A DNA stretch of 61,747 nucleotides, the filler included, from Ministeria vibrans ATCC 50519 (taxonomy: Eukaryota > Protista > Filasterea), in assembly GCA_943704425.1 (NCBI GenBank). It is 6 parts of 6 records of this genome, joined end to end, with 100 filler letters (N's around TTAATTAATTAA, not from the genome) between each part and the next. Parts side by side here need not be neighbours in the genome. Positions count along the whole stretch, not along the records: positions 14,491 to 31,894 come from CALSCP010002383.1; positions 31,995 to 34,400 come from CALSCP010000019.1; positions 34,501 to 46,507 come from CALSCP010002213.1; 3 more parts are not named here. One strand, 5' to 3'. Below are positions 26,001-42,028 of the stretch, in pieces. Every line of letters starts with the position of its first letter. The first letter of the stretch is position 1. The translations under genes were made by a program, and so were the position numbers. The notes under the pieces are model-generated. The model saw only the letters and a list, made by a program, of their open reading frames with translations. It was not told where the DNA came from and did not search any database.

Positions 26001-26743
26001 AGGAGGTTTTGACCGAATCAAGTACCGACTTTGAGACCGACCCAAAAGAAAAGAGGGAATATATAAAAATGAGTGAAGCAATGGACCGTTGCTGAGCAAC
26101 TGTAAAGGGAAGAAGCATTCTTGTCTCTGCGACGTGTCACACAATCTTAGCAGCACTTTGGCCGTCGCCCCTGTGCGTCCCCTTCAAACTGCACTACACA
26201 TGATGGCACCCATGTCCCAATAGTTGCTCTTTCGTGCGTTGAATGTGGCGTTGAACGAAGTTGAACTTCCAGCATTTTATTAGAGCCGTTTCTCCCTCTC
26301 AGTGTCAGTCTCAGTGTCAGTGTCAGTGTCAGCGTCAGTCTCAGTCTCAAAGTGTGTTGTTCGTTGCTTGAACGTGTGGGTGAAAGAGGCAACACTCTGT
26401 CGCTCCAGTGGTAACAGTTTTGCTCAGAGGGAAGAAATAAGAAATCAGAAGCAATAGAGTAACATAATGTGAACATAATGCTTCCACCATAGACGAACCC
26501 CCCAAAGATGAAGCGCCCGTAGGTGATAACTCACTGATACGCTCTCACAGTAAGTGTACGAAGACTTCTTATCATATTTTCTGTAATATTTGGATTATTC
26601 AAGAGAGATAAACTAAAATCTTGTCATCAGCAGAGGTTGTCACCGAGAGATAAGTCAGACAAGTGATAACAAAAATCTATCCCCCAAAATAGAATCATTT
26701 TGTTCGGTCAGCCTCGCTCTCGCCGCTGACCCTGACGTATCGC

Positions 26744-28850
26744 ATGCGAGGGCACCCTGCACCGTTCCTGGTGCTCCTTGCGGTCTCCCTTGCGCCGTTG
26801 GCCGTCGCAGATCTGTTTCCGTCTCGACATCTTCTGGCAAGCGCACCGTCGGCCTCCTCTCATGGCAACGGCACCGACGATCACCACGCCGCGCTTCCCT
26901 ATGGAATCCTGAGTCTCGTCAATCATCTTGGTGCGACATTGAGAAATCCAATTTTGCCCTTCGCACACTCTCTCTCATTTGGCTCTCTCTCGCCCTCTCC
27001 CGCCCTCTCCTTCGTTCCATTTCTTATCCATCTCCTTCAATTGACCCACTCGTACCCTCTCCTATGCTCTTTCTCTTGTTGTCTCGTCCAAAAAAATCCA
27101 CAAGAGTCATAAAATTTTTTTCTTCTTCTTTTCTTTTGTTAGATTCATCGGACGCTCCTCTGCTTATTACCCTCATTCTGGTGCTGATTGCCATCACCTT
27201 TCTATGGGAGACGATAGTAGAGCTGCTTTTCATGGCGCTGCGGCGGCAGAAGCACCTGCAAATGATGGTACAGAAGCTGTTCCGTGAGCTGACGCTCGTT
27301 GGTGTGCTGTCGCTGGCTCTGCTGCCGCTGTCGACGTCCATTGACGAGAGCCAGAAGCACGTCTTTGAGATTGTGCACATCTCGCTCTTTGGCCTCACTG
27401 TCCTCTTCCTCTTCACCATGATCTTCATTGCCGTCAGCTCCATTACCATCTTCCGTCGCTGGGAGCGCTTTGAGCGAGGCAACGACGCACACGTCGACCA
27501 GAAGCGACTCATGCTCACCGACTACGAGACACGTCTCAGTCGTTGGCGCCTGCTTTTTCACCCTCGCTATCAATTCGCCAGACTTGGGGTGCGCATGCAC
27601 GCCGACTACCGCACCATCCGCGACCATTTTGTCGATCAGCATCAGTTGACGGGCCACTTTCGCTTTGATGTCTACCTCAAACGCTGCATGAAGCTCATCT
27701 TTGCCGATCTGGCACAGGTTCACTGGAGCGCTCTTGCCCTTGTGCTCATTCTCCACATTTGCTTTTGGCTGCCCTTCTCGCTGCTCACCGAAGATTCGGG
27801 CGTGCCCTTCATCATAGAGGGCATCATTGTGTGTGTGCTGTCCACCATTGTCTGGTGGAAGTCACACGTCATCCTGCGCAAACTGCGTGGCAACGTCAAC
27901 ATTATGCGCGACAGTTCCGCTCTGGCGCACGCCAAGCAGCTGCGTGAGGTTGCCGAACTGCGTGCCGCCTCGGTAACCGATCACTCGACGCACGAGACGG
28001 AGTTTGAGGCCAAGCTGGTCGCACTGCCCCCAACCGACGATGCTTCCGGCACGCTTGCCGACGCCGCTTCCTTGTCCTCTCTTAATCGTGTTGACTCGCT
28101 CGAGACACAGTCCATGCGTGTGCGTGCCGCAGCAGCTCTCCAGCGCTACGGAGCCACTATTATGAACCTGGGCTCGCGCAATCGCTCCCACACTCGTCTG
28201 GCTCTCGATGCCTCCGCATCCGATGTGCCGTCTCTTGCAAGCGAGAACCAGCCACTTGTATCGAAAGCCAGCAGCAACTTTGGCTCACAAGCCATCGAAA
28301 TGGACAATCTCGCGTTGACGACAACCACTACGACCACTTCTGCGCCCATGACCACCCCACCGCCGTCTCGTGAGGCGTCCACCGCCGCTGACACTCCGAT
28401 TTTTATTAGCCCCATGGTCGTTACCTCTGACCCAAATATTGCTGCCGAAGCGACACGCGTGCTCTCTGCCGCCACATCACCGCAGAGCAGCACTGCCACA
28501 TCGCCCATTGCATCCACCTCTGCCGTGACCCCTTCGGCGCTACCTCCCACACTCGCTCCACTGCCCTCTGTGCCATCGACTGCCCCGCCTGCCATCCTGG
28601 CAATTCCACCCAACATGGCTGCGCGTCTGTTGGCCGCTGACAACCACCACTTGCGTTCACCGTCGCCCATGGGTACGCGCGTGGGCAGCGGCACCAGCCT
28701 CAATGCCGCCGATGGTCCTCTTGCGGCCGCCGTGCTGAGACTCAAGGAGCAACAGCGTGTTCCCTCCGTTGCCGACGTGGCTGCGACGTTGCTGCTGCGC
28801 CCTGCTTGCTCCATGTTTATTGTGGGGGATTCGAGTGAGGAGAATGACGA

Positions 28851-28886
<36 letters not shown>

Positions 28887-31537
28887 AGAGGAGGACGGGG
28901 AGGATGGCGAGCAAGGACAATGGGGAGAAGGGCAGAGGGGCGAAGGGGCGAAAGGGACGCTTGTGGGTGCGGGTGTGGGATCATCGCCGGTACGCACACC
29001 TATGTCAAGCCGACCCGCCTCGGGACTGATGTTAACCGATCTGGTGACGGGCACGAGTGAGAGTGCGCGGCGCAAGCGTCGGAAAATGATAAAACAGAAG
29101 AAGAAGATGCGTGCGCTCGCGGACGGTGGCTACGACGACAGTGCAGTGCCGGGACTGTCGGACGACACTGTCTCGTCGGGACTGGACACGCCCACGGACA
29201 GTAGCAGTGAGTCGGGGAGTAGTCAGAGTGGACTCAGTGGCGTGGCTAGTGACGACGAGGCGTCGCTGACCAACTCAGAGTCCGACTCGTCCTTCACCGA
29301 GAGTTCCTACGAGAGTGTCGACGAGGATGCCATTGCTCGAGTGCAGTCTCTACTCACCGGCTCGGGTTACGACGAGTCGTCCGAGAGTGGCGACGACGGT
29401 CTCGACTTGCCCACAGTAGGCATAAGTGTGGCGCGGCGCACCAAAGGCCGCGCACGTCGACACCACGGGCATGGACACGGACGCGGTCACTTGCGGTCAC
29501 GTCTTACTCCACACGCTCTGCACCAGCAGCAGCAACAGCAGCAACAACAACAACAACAACAACAGCAACAACCACAACAGCAACAACGACAGCAACAACA
29601 GCAGCAACAGCTGAGTCAAACCGAGTTGCACTCAACATTGCCCTCTCATCCAGGACTTTCCGCCCCCAACAGTCAATCCAAAGTGCTGCGACCCTCTCCA
29701 TTGCGCCAGTCCGTCTCACCACGACATAACAGTGACAGTGATGAGACTGCGACGTCTCCCATGCCGCCCACGAGTGGAGCTGGCAGTGGGGGCAGTGGCC
29801 ACGAACTGAGTCTTCTGGATCGTCGACGCACCAACGCTGCACCGCTCTCGGTGACTGCCATTGCTCGTCAGCGGATGATGCATCGTCCCGACTCGCTCAA
29901 TGCCTTGCCCGAAGATGCTATGGCGTCGATAACGGGGGTTCCCTCGGACCTCACATTGCGCATTCCTCAGCGAAGCGAGCTCCCCAACAACAACAACATC
30001 CACACCAACGACAATCACGACCAGAATGATTCCAATTCAGCTCGCACGACACCCACCACTACACCAGCGCCAATTATGGAGCAGCAACCGCGTCGACGGG
30101 CTGAAATGCCTCCGCCCCCTCGACGCCGTCGACATGCAGGGCAACGCAAGCGCTACATGCCTCCCACACGTCCTCTCTCAGACGCCAGTGTGCACAGTCT
30201 CAACACGGGCAACTCGGTGCCTGCCACTGCGCCCGCCTACGCCCCAGGTAGTCGCGTTGTGTCGTTTGTCGATCCTCCCAACATGGGCTCCGTGGCGTCT
30301 TCGGCAGGCACAGTGCAGTCGACAGTGCCTCTTATGTCAACAACAACAACGGCAGCAACAGATACAACAGCAGCTGCGTCTGCATCTGGGCTGAGCACGG
30401 CGAACAATGACATAGTTCGCACAGCGAGTGTCGAGGGGAATATGCGTCGTCGCTTCAGTGGTCTCAATTTGCGCAATCTGCTACTTGGACGCAACCGCAG
30501 CAGCAATGCCGTGCCTAATCTGGCCCAGGTACCCCAGACGGCGCCCGTTCTCTCCCTCCCGCACGGTGGCGGCGGCTCCCGAGGCGACGTGACAGTCATC
30601 GACATGCCGTCACAACCGGGTGTGCAGGAGCTGCTTCAGAATCCCGAAGTGCGCCCACTCGTCACTCACCATCATCACCATCACCATCACCACCATCACG
30701 CCACGCACCATGTGCTGGGCGACGTCAATGCCGACCACGAGGTGGGCGAGGGTGACATTTGCCTTGAGGGCTGTCTCATGCCGCTGATCAAGGGTCGTTT
30801 CATTGAGCATATGAAGCACGAGTTTCTGCCCAATACGGAGCACGAGAAGATGTTTTGGTTTGGCAATGCGCGTCTGCTGCAGTACATCATCCAGGTGATG
30901 GTGCTCATGCTCGCTTTCTACTTTGCCATTGTGCTTGCAGCGTGTGCCCGTGCCGTTCTCGTTGCCGTTGCTTACATCCCCTTTGCCTTCATTTTCTGCT
31001 TTGTTGTCATTCTCTTTTTGCTGCCCGCCACAATCTACAACTTTTCCGTCATTGTCAACGTTGGCGAGTTCTCAACTCTCAACATCATTCGTGAAGTGGT
31101 CAACAAGTACCATCGCCATCACCACGGACACCACCATGGACACGGACACGGGTAAGCCAAAATATGAATTGTCACAGTATTCTCAAGTGGGAACACTGCA
31201 ATCTTATTGCCACATTTTAACTATACTTTTTATGTCATGATACTTCCTTTTTTTTTTTTTTTTTTTTTTTTTCAGGCACGGCCATGGACATGGACACGGT
31301 CACGGCCATGGACACGGAAAACGCGCGCGAAAGCGCAAGGAGAAGGACAACAAGCGCAGCAATCACGAGGGTCTCACAGCGGACCAGCGAAATGGATCGA
31401 TTGCCAGCGGGCTCAGCGACGGTCGACGCACACCCGGCAAAGGTACGGGACGACGGGGCAGCATGGTGTCGCTGGACATACAACCCTCCCGTCAGACGTC
31501 GACGGCGGAGTTGATTGTGAAGGAGAGCGTTCTGTAG
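26744..31537 (+). CDS. MLO-like multi-pass membrane protein with a very large low-complexity loop, 3 exons
   Basis: Signal-peptide exon from 26744; QKLFRELTLVGVLSL, FRFDVYLKRCM..IFADLAQVHW and FWFGNARLL..IIQ echo conserved MLO blocks; last exon ends ...KESVL*. Confidence 0.72.
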
Positions 31538-31662
31538 TATACAATTTATTATTATTAAAAGTTCTATTAACTTTTCGGGTTTATAATATTATTATTGTTG
31601 TAAAGAATTATTTCGAGGAATCATTCAGGAAAGAAAAAATAAAACAACATCGTCATCTTCAT

Positions 31663-31894
<232 letters not shown>

Positions 31895-32250
31895 NNNNNN
31901 NNNNNNNNNNNNNNNNNNNNNNNNNNNNNNNNNNNNNNTTAATTAATTAANNNNNNNNNNNNNNNNNNNNNNNNNNNNNNNNNNNNNNNNNNNNTTTTTT
32001 TTTTTTTTTTTTTTTTTTTCTCGTTTGCCCTTTTCACTCTTCCCTCAAAACGCACTGTCGGAATCAAAATCACGCCATTGCCGCGCGCCCACCGTTGCCT
32101 CTGATGCAACCGTCGCAGCGCCCTCTGGCTCCTGCGGCTGCTGTGCCTCTACAACCAGCAATCGTCCGTTTTCATCATTGCTCTAATATCAAAAATCCTT
32201 TTTTTTTTTCTGTCTGACAACTCCACTAACAGACTCGCTCTCGTAGCATC

Positions 32251-32908
32251 ATGGCTGGCGCTGAGCTGCACGACCCGGCATTCAAGGGCTTCTGGAGATA
32301 CTTCAACTCCTCAACGCTCTTTGGACGACGAAACGTAAATTTTTCATTTTTTTTTCTTTTGACAGTCTTTTACTCGACATCAGACGCCATCTGGCTGTCC
32401 CTTGTCGTCTGTGGGCTCTCTCTACGGCCCAGTGACCTTTGTTGTGCTCTTTGGGCGCAATACTTTGTGTTCTATTGTTTCGTTTTGAACCTTTCCAGAA
32501 TGTGTCACGATACTTAATTATTTATCATTGATCACTTTGTCTCTTTCACTCTATCACTTTGTCTCTCCCTCTATCACTTCGCTTCTCTCTATCACTTTGT
32601 CTCTTTCTCTCGATCACTTTGTCTGTCCCTCTATCCTTTGTCTCTTTCACTCTATCACTTTGTCTCTTTCTCTCTCTGTCACTTTGTTTCTGTCTCTACC
32701 ACTTTGTTTCTTTCTCCTCTCTCTCTCTCTATAACTTTGCCTCTCTCTCTCGATCACTTTGTTTCATCGCATCTTCTTCGTCAAGAATGGCGAATTAAGA
32801 ATGACTGACCCTCCTTCTCCTTAGACTGTCATTGCTGTGATCGCACTCGACATTGCAATCTACAAAGGTGCAAGGTGGTACTTCGCCAAGCCCGAAGAGG
32901 ACGACTAA
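32251..32908 (+). CDS. ATP5MK: ATP synthase membrane subunit K (DAPIT/USMG5), 2 exons
   Basis: MAGAE...FKGFWRYFNSSTLFGRRN|TVIAVIALDIAIYKG... parallels the DAPIT FTGIKKYFNSYTLTGRMN motif followed by a TM helix. Confidence 0.85.
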
Positions 32909-33012
32909 AAACGCACTCCCACAAACCAACCAACCTCACAGTACAACTTTAGCCCTCACTCCACACTTTTTTTTCTTTTTGAAAATACATATTTTGTCTC
33001 CACATTGCGTTT

Positions 33013-33836
33013 TTAATGTCTTGACACTGCAATGGCGTACGCAATGGCCACTGCAGCACAGGCGAACACAGAGAGAGGGGATACACGAGAGGAAAGGGCA
33101 GCAACGTCAAAGGAGGGGGGGCAGGCCTTGAGAAACTGCGCAGTGTGCTGGTTCGATGGTAGAGCAGAGCGCTCGAGCGACTGTGCGTAAATGAGACGAA
33201 TGGCACTCTGCATGGCGACACTGTTACTGCTGGTGGTGTTCGCTGCTCCTGCTGCGTTGAGCTTGCGCTGGAGAGCAAGAGCACAGTCGCGAAAGACGGT
33301 GAGGAGTGACTCGTAGTCGCGCGACTGGTCCATAAGCAGCACAGCAGTGCCCTTGCGGATCTTCACGACCGACGTGAACACCTTGGGGTTGTTGTAGACC
33401 TCGGTGAGAGTTGCAATGGCCATGACTTGTGGGATAGCACAAAAGCGCACCACGGACTCAGTCTTGAGGCGCGACATGTACTCGTAGACGTCCGGGACAT
33501 GCGCAAGTGCATTGGCGACGAGTCCATTGAGACACGCCAGCGCACTCGACAGCTGAGCGGGGTCCCGGAACCCTTCAATTGCGTCCGCATGCACACTCCA
33601 CGCAGCCTTGGGCCAGAACACCCGTCCATCAATTACATCTTCAAGATAGTCCCGAATGATGTTGGTCTTTTGCAGGAACAGTCCCATCGAATTGCTCAGT
33701 CGCTCGTCACTCCCCACTCGCTCTTCTTCCAGTCCCGACGACGAAAACAATTTCGACAGCCCAATTCCGACCAGTCCCGCAACGTAATGACAGTACTGAA
33801 ATAAACAAAAGAGAAGAGACAATCAGGAAACAACCA

Positions 33837-33867
<31 letters not shown>

Positions 33868-34293
33868 CTCCCTTCGTACCAAATCCCACTCCTCCATGGA
33901 TCCCACACCCTTGTCAAGAAAATCCGACATGCCCTTGCCCATTCGCGCGCAAATGTCGGCAATGGTCGTCTGATAGACTGGTTTGAGCTTGAGAAACTCA
34001 CCAATGACCACATCAAACTCAACGAGGAGCTGGCGGTCCTTCTCGTTGGGGCCGCTCTCAGTAAAGGTCCACCCGGCCTCATACAGCCGCTTGTGGAAGT
34101 CGATGAGGAGCGGGCGCTTGCGGGCAATGTCGATGGTCATGTCGTCCTCCACCGTGTCCAGGCCACGCAGGACCAGATAGAACAGACACACTGGCCGGCG
34201 CAGCTCGGCGTCCAGCGCCTTGATCACCGCCGCGAATGATCGCGACGTGAGGTCTAGCAGCTCGAGGCAACGCTTGAACGTCGGTGTTTTCTG
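33013..34293 (-). CDS. FDFT1: Squalene synthase; first exon lost in gap
   Basis: TSRSFAAVI, FYLVLRGLDTVEDD, YCHYVAGLVGIGL, MGLFLQKTNIIRDYLED, FCAIPQVMAIATL, C-terminal membrane anchor. Confidence 0.96.
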
Positions 34294-34500
34294 GTGGACA
34301 AGAGAGTGAAACACAATGGAAAATGTCAGAAAAATGCGACAACGGCATTCTGCTTTCGCCTCTTGCGTCGCCTATTGGCGCACATCAAGAACCACCGCAC
34401 NNNNNNNNNNNNNNNNNNNNNNNNNNNNNNNNNNNNNNNNNNNNTTAATTAATTAANNNNNNNNNNNNNNNNNNNNNNNNNNNNNNNNNNNNNNNNNNNN

Positions 34501-34584
<84 letters not shown>

Positions 34585-34679
34585 AACTCTCTCTCTCTCT
34601 CTCTCTCTCTTGTTTTTTTTCTTTTTTTCTCTTTATCACTTTGTTACCCCCGCCCCTCCCTCTGTCCGTTTGTGCCGCA

Positions 34680-34850
34680 GAGGACGCCGAGGGTCGACCT
34701 CCCATCAGCGTCAACTTTGAGATCCCCTACTTCACCACGTCGGGTATCCAGGTGCGCTACCTCAAGATCATTGAGAAGAGCGGCTATCAGGCGCTTCCCT
34801 GGGTCCGCTATATCACCCAGAATGGAGACTACCAGATGCGAATGCAATAA
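34680..34850 (+). CDS. AP1M1: AP-1 adaptor mu subunit, last exon
   Basis: PPISVNFEIPYFTTSGIQVRYLKIIEKSGYQALPWVRYITQNGDYQMR. Confidence 0.93.
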   Translation, partial: EDAEGRPPISVNFEIPYFTTSGIQVRYLKIIEKSGYQALPWVRYITQNGDYQMRMQ

Positions 34851-34905
34851 AAATCCATCCAATCCCTTCTCAAATAAATCTCATTTCACACAATTTTTTT
34901 TTTTC

Positions 34906-36420
34906 ATGAAAGCTTTTCCTCTCCCCATTCTCTCGTTGCGAGACTGTGATGCAGAGCCCAGTGATGGCGACGAGTCGGACGAATCGTTCGATGGCAATGC
35001 GTCTCTCGATGATGACGGCGCAATTATGGCGACGGCGCATCGTGCCAAGGAGCGCAAGACGCACAGGCGGAAAGGACCGGCACCGGCACAACGTGCTCGT
35101 CGCGTCTCGGTCGATCCATCAAAGAATTGGATTGGGCGACTCCCTGTCGAGTTGCTTGTCCACATTTTCTCCTTTGGTACAACGTTGGTCAACGTTTGAA
35201 AACAAACATTGGTTCGGTTTGTCAAACTGAACTTTCACTCAGTGGTCGACGTAGACGGCGCCATTCCACACCTGCCGCGCCTTGCTCGGGTGTCTCGACA
35301 ATGGCATGCCATTGCCTCCACAGAGTTTCTCTGGCGATCCGTAGATGTCTCGCCGCTTGTGAAATTCAATGATGCGTCGCTGACGGCACTGCGCACGCGC
35401 GTCTCGCCCCGCCTCCACACCTTTGTCGTGCGCTCCAACAAACATCTCCACGAGGTGGCATTGCGACAGGCTGTGCAATCGTGGTCTCTGCACACCCTAC
35501 GCATCAACGACTGCACCAAAGTGCGCCCCGCGAGCGCCCTCTCCATTGCTCGAGACGCCAGTCTCACCCTCCGCCGGCTCGACGTAAGCGGCTCCTCGGC
35601 CAGCAGCGCCGACGTTGCCTCAACGCTCAAAGCATGCACTCACCTCGACGAACTCCGTCTCAACTTCCCCTTCCCTCTCCCTCCCACCTTCTACGCTTCC
35701 CTCAGCGACCAACTGCGCGTGCTCGACCTATCGACTGGGCAGACGCTTGTCTTTCTCAGTGGCGATCTGGTGGCACTCCAAGAGCGATGTCCGCTTCTTG
35801 AAAAGCTTCTTGTGTGCAACGCGGCCTTCACCCCACAGCAGCTAAAGCTGATGCGTCGCCAACACGAGTCGGGTCTTCTTCCGGGCTTTCCGCATCTGCG
35901 CTACTTGTGCCTCGCCCAACACTTCTCGTTTGCCGGTCACTTCACGGAAGCCCACCTGCTTCCATTCGTTGCCCGCAGCCCCGCCTTAGAGACGCTCGAT
36001 ATCCGCGGTTGCTCGGGTCTCGCGCGCGACTGGCCCGAACAACTTCTTGCAGCGCCCACGCAACTTCGCTCGCTGTTTGTCGAGCGCACCAGTACCTCCT
36101 TTGCACAAGTAGCACAGTGGGCTCCTTCGCTGCGCCACCTTCACTGCGCCCACTCGACTCCCTCTGATCTGGCCCCACTTGCCCATCTGCGCCACCTGCG
36201 TACCCTCGACCTCACTGCGACCCCCATCGCACCCGATACCCTCCTTCTCATCGTCTCCACCGCCCCGTCCCTCGCCTTCGTCTCCCTCGCCTCCTGTCGT
36301 GCCCTCCCCCGCGGCATCAAGCGCGACTGGTCCGCCCCGCTCCTCCCCACTCTCGCAGCCCGCCTCAACCAATTCAAAAACGACGATGGGCACAATACTG
36401 CAACTGTACACTCACAATAG
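34906..36420 (+). CDS. FBXL6: F-box/LRR protein, FBXL6-like, 2 exons
   Basis: F-box WIGRLPVELLVHIFSF|VVDVDGAIPHLPRLARVSRQW; LRRs; PGFPHLRYLCLA; LDIRGC. Confidence 0.75.
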
Positions 36421-36437
36421 TACACACAATCAAACAC

Positions 36438-38610
<2,173 letters not shown>

Positions 38611-38784
38611 GTTCTAATTATTATAAAATAAAAGAAAATAAATAGATAATCTCATGCACACATTTCTATTTATTTTCCGACACACATTTATCGTCGATCC
38701 ATCACACCTTCTGCTTGTCATTTTCATATAGAGCGCGTTTCAACTCACCACTGGCATTAGGCATTCTCTGACAAGATCGCATTC

Positions 38785-39488
38785 ATGTCTCTTCCGCCTG
38801 TCGCGCCCTGCGTCACGACGGCGGTGCAGTCCCAATCCACGCACGCTACGGCAGCCCTCGCCGAGTGTGCAGGGCCCATGGATGTGGAGGCTGCGCACGA
38901 GGAAGGATTGTCGCGGGAGTTATCTGGTTCGGCCGTGAGCGTCGGTGATTGTCCGCCAGCCGTGGCATCCGCCGACAAACAAAACATGGAAGGCGTCGAG
39001 AGCCACTCGCGCACCGCCACCGGCCGCAGCGCGCTCCCTATCGCACCAACAGTTGATGTCCTTGCGACGGAGTCGAGCGTCAGTAGGCCAGCGGCGAGCG
39101 AAGCGCCCTTGGACGGCGACAACCAATACGACACTGCACGCTCCGTCGCTCCCTTTGAACCCCACGCCACTGCACGCGACTTTGGCTTTGATCCGTCCAA
39201 CGCCAGTGTCGTTGCCTGTGCTGCAGACTTTGACGGCGAGGATGAGGACATGCTCGCTGGCGACGGAGGCAGCCAGGCCCAAGACGACGACGAGCTCCCG
39301 GTCGCCGTCATGCTCGCCATGGAGACCGGAACGAGGCTTGCTACATCCGACATTGTCAGTCCCCATCGTCACCATCGTCGGGGCGGCAGTGCCGTGGGTG
39401 CTATGTACGAACACCAGGCTGACAATGGCAGCGACAATGCCACCAACAACACTGTCAACAATACCATACCCACGACGACCCACGACGA

Positions 39489-39539
<51 letters not shown>

Positions 39540-41496
39540 CGACGAAGATGTGGTTGCCTCGTCACTGAGACTACTCGGCAACGTCGTTCAACAGCAACAG
39601 CAGCAACAACAACAACATCATCATCATCAACAGAAACAACAACAGAATCAGCTACAACGACAAGAATTCCACACAACAAATCAAAGTGCGCCTTTAACAC
39701 CCGACCTTATCATCCCCAACACCACCGAGAACGAAGACGGCGCGCAGGAGCAGCAGGATGTCTCACGCGACAGCGACAGTGTGTTTATGCAGACGACCCT
39801 GATGGGTGACGTTGATCCCCATCGCGACTACCACATCCACAACGACAACAACAACGATGACTTTACAGTGGGCACTGAGACAAGTCTGGGCGCAGGCGCA
39901 CCGCCCGCTTCAACTGCTCTGATGGAGCAGTTTTTGGCACAGTCGACGCTTAAGGATAGCAAAAGCGACCACAACAAGGATGACGACGATGACGAGGACG
40001 AGCGTCTGTTCCGAGCACGGTGTGGGGTGCTGCATTGGCACGCGCGTCGCGACGGCGTCTGCCAAGTGCCCGACCTGTGTCTGTCGCGGCACCGTCTGCT
40101 CGCGCGCTGGGCCGTCGACATGCAGCAGCGTCACGCCAAGGGTGCTCTTAGCCCCGCCCGCACCGCTCTTCTTTGTGCAGTCGGCCTACACCTTGCAGTC
40201 GTACCTGGCGACACTGAGGATGTCGTATGGAACCGGCGCTTCTGCGAACTTGAGGCATTTCACTTTGAGCATGGGCATGTGGGTGTCGACACGGCCACCG
40301 TCGCCTACTCGGCCAACGACTCGTACCACACGACACTCCGCCGCCTCTCCATCTGGCTTGAGCTCCAGCGCGAACTCGCTCGGACACACCAGCTCAGTGC
40401 GACACGCACTGCCTGGCTTGACCGACTCGACTGGGACCACATTCCGCCAAGGCTCCTGCAGCAGAGCCTCGCCGCCACCACCAACAGTAGTTGTGGTGAC
40501 AATCGCATGGATGCGCTGGTCTCTGGCTCTGTTGCAAAAGTGCTTGTCAGAACAGAGCCTGAGAGTACGGTGGCTGGGGAGCCTATCAGTGGTGGTGGGG
40601 ATCAATTCACTCAGGACCCATCCGCCGCGGCAATGGCAGCTGAGGAACGCCCCGACTTTCGCGACGCCAGTGGGTTCTTTTTGGCACCCATGTCGGCCGC
40701 AGGCGCGCCACTACCCGCTGCTGTGTCCGATGTCGACACTGCGATGGGGCCACCTGAAGCAAGTCCGGGACGCAGAAGCAGTGCCATGCGAGGCGGGCGC
40801 CGACTGACCCAGCACCAACGTTGCACTGGGTCCACTCCGTATCCTCTAGCGCCGTTGGGTGGTAATTCGAACATATTCGAGTCGCATGGTGGACGCTTTG
40901 GCAGTGCAGGACGCGCAGCGCTTATGGCGCAGCAAGCGACTCGGGCAAAGAAAGATAAGGCGATGGCGCACGCGCAAGCCATGTCGGAGGCGCACAATGG
41001 CCAGGGGGCACCAACGACAACCCTGCGCGAGGTTGCGACAGCCAGTGCGACGTCGCAGACACGTCCATTGAGTGACTGGATGCACTGGTACAGTGAGCTT
41101 GAGCGATTCAAGCAGGCGACGGGTCACTGTGACGTGCCGCCCGGCTATACTGTGAGTCCGCGTCTTGGGCAATGGATTTTGCGCCAGCGCACCATGGCAC
41201 GCGACAGCCGTCTGACTCCCGACCGACTCGAGCGCCTCATTCGGCTCGGACTTCGTCTGCTCAACAGCTCTGGCTCTCTCATTACCCTGCGACCCGCCAC
41301 CGCTGTTGAGATCCATCATCGCGAACAATTGGCGATTCTCGTGAAGCAGCCACGGGCAACTCGTCGCATGACTGGTAGCCTGGCACCCCCAAGTGCCGCT
41401 CTTGTCGCCGCCATCAACCAGACCCCGTCTCCGTCTCCGAGCCCCCCGCCACCTCCCGTGCGCCGTCGCAAGCCAACTTCGCATTCCCAAGCGTGA
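38785..41496 (+). CDS. Low-complexity protein with three helicase-associated (HA) repeats, single exon
   Basis: WNRRFCELEAFHFEHGH...LSIWLELQR; WYSELERFKQATGHCDVP...LGQWILRQR...RLERLIRLG; a degenerate first copy near 40000-40190. Confidence 0.78.
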
Positions 41497-41622
41497 CACC
41501 TACTAAGCACACACATACCAAGCACACACGTACAAAGCGCACGATGCAGACACACACACACACACACACACACAAACTAAGAGAGAGAGATAGAGGGTTA
41601 GAGAGAGAGGGTTAGAGAGAGA

Positions 41623-41665
<43 letters not shown>

Positions 41666-41682
41666 GGGAGAAAGAAACAAAG

Positions 41683-41733
<51 letters not shown>

Positions 41734-42028
41734 ATCAATGGGAGAACGTGAGATGCACCTCGTTGTATATTAAACTGATACTTATATTAACAAAATATAA
41801 TTAATTAATATTGTAATGATTTTCTAACGCAACCCTGTCTCTTGTCGAAACTACTTTTGTTGGACTAACAAAGACTACTAAGGACTCATACGCGTGTGTG
41901 TGGATAGAAAAATGTAAGAGCTGTAGAGTTTTTATATTTTTATGGGCTTTCAATAACTTTTTCAGACACACTCGACGACAACACTGATTAATAAAAAACG
42001 AGCTGGGGTTCGTTTCTGTTTCACGCAC

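Noticed and set aside
26060-26250. SECIS candidates downstream of the UGA-containing zinc-finger frame
   Set aside because: GTGA..TGAG hairpin is too short, and the ATGA..TGAA candidate has a poor helix II and no well-placed AA loop
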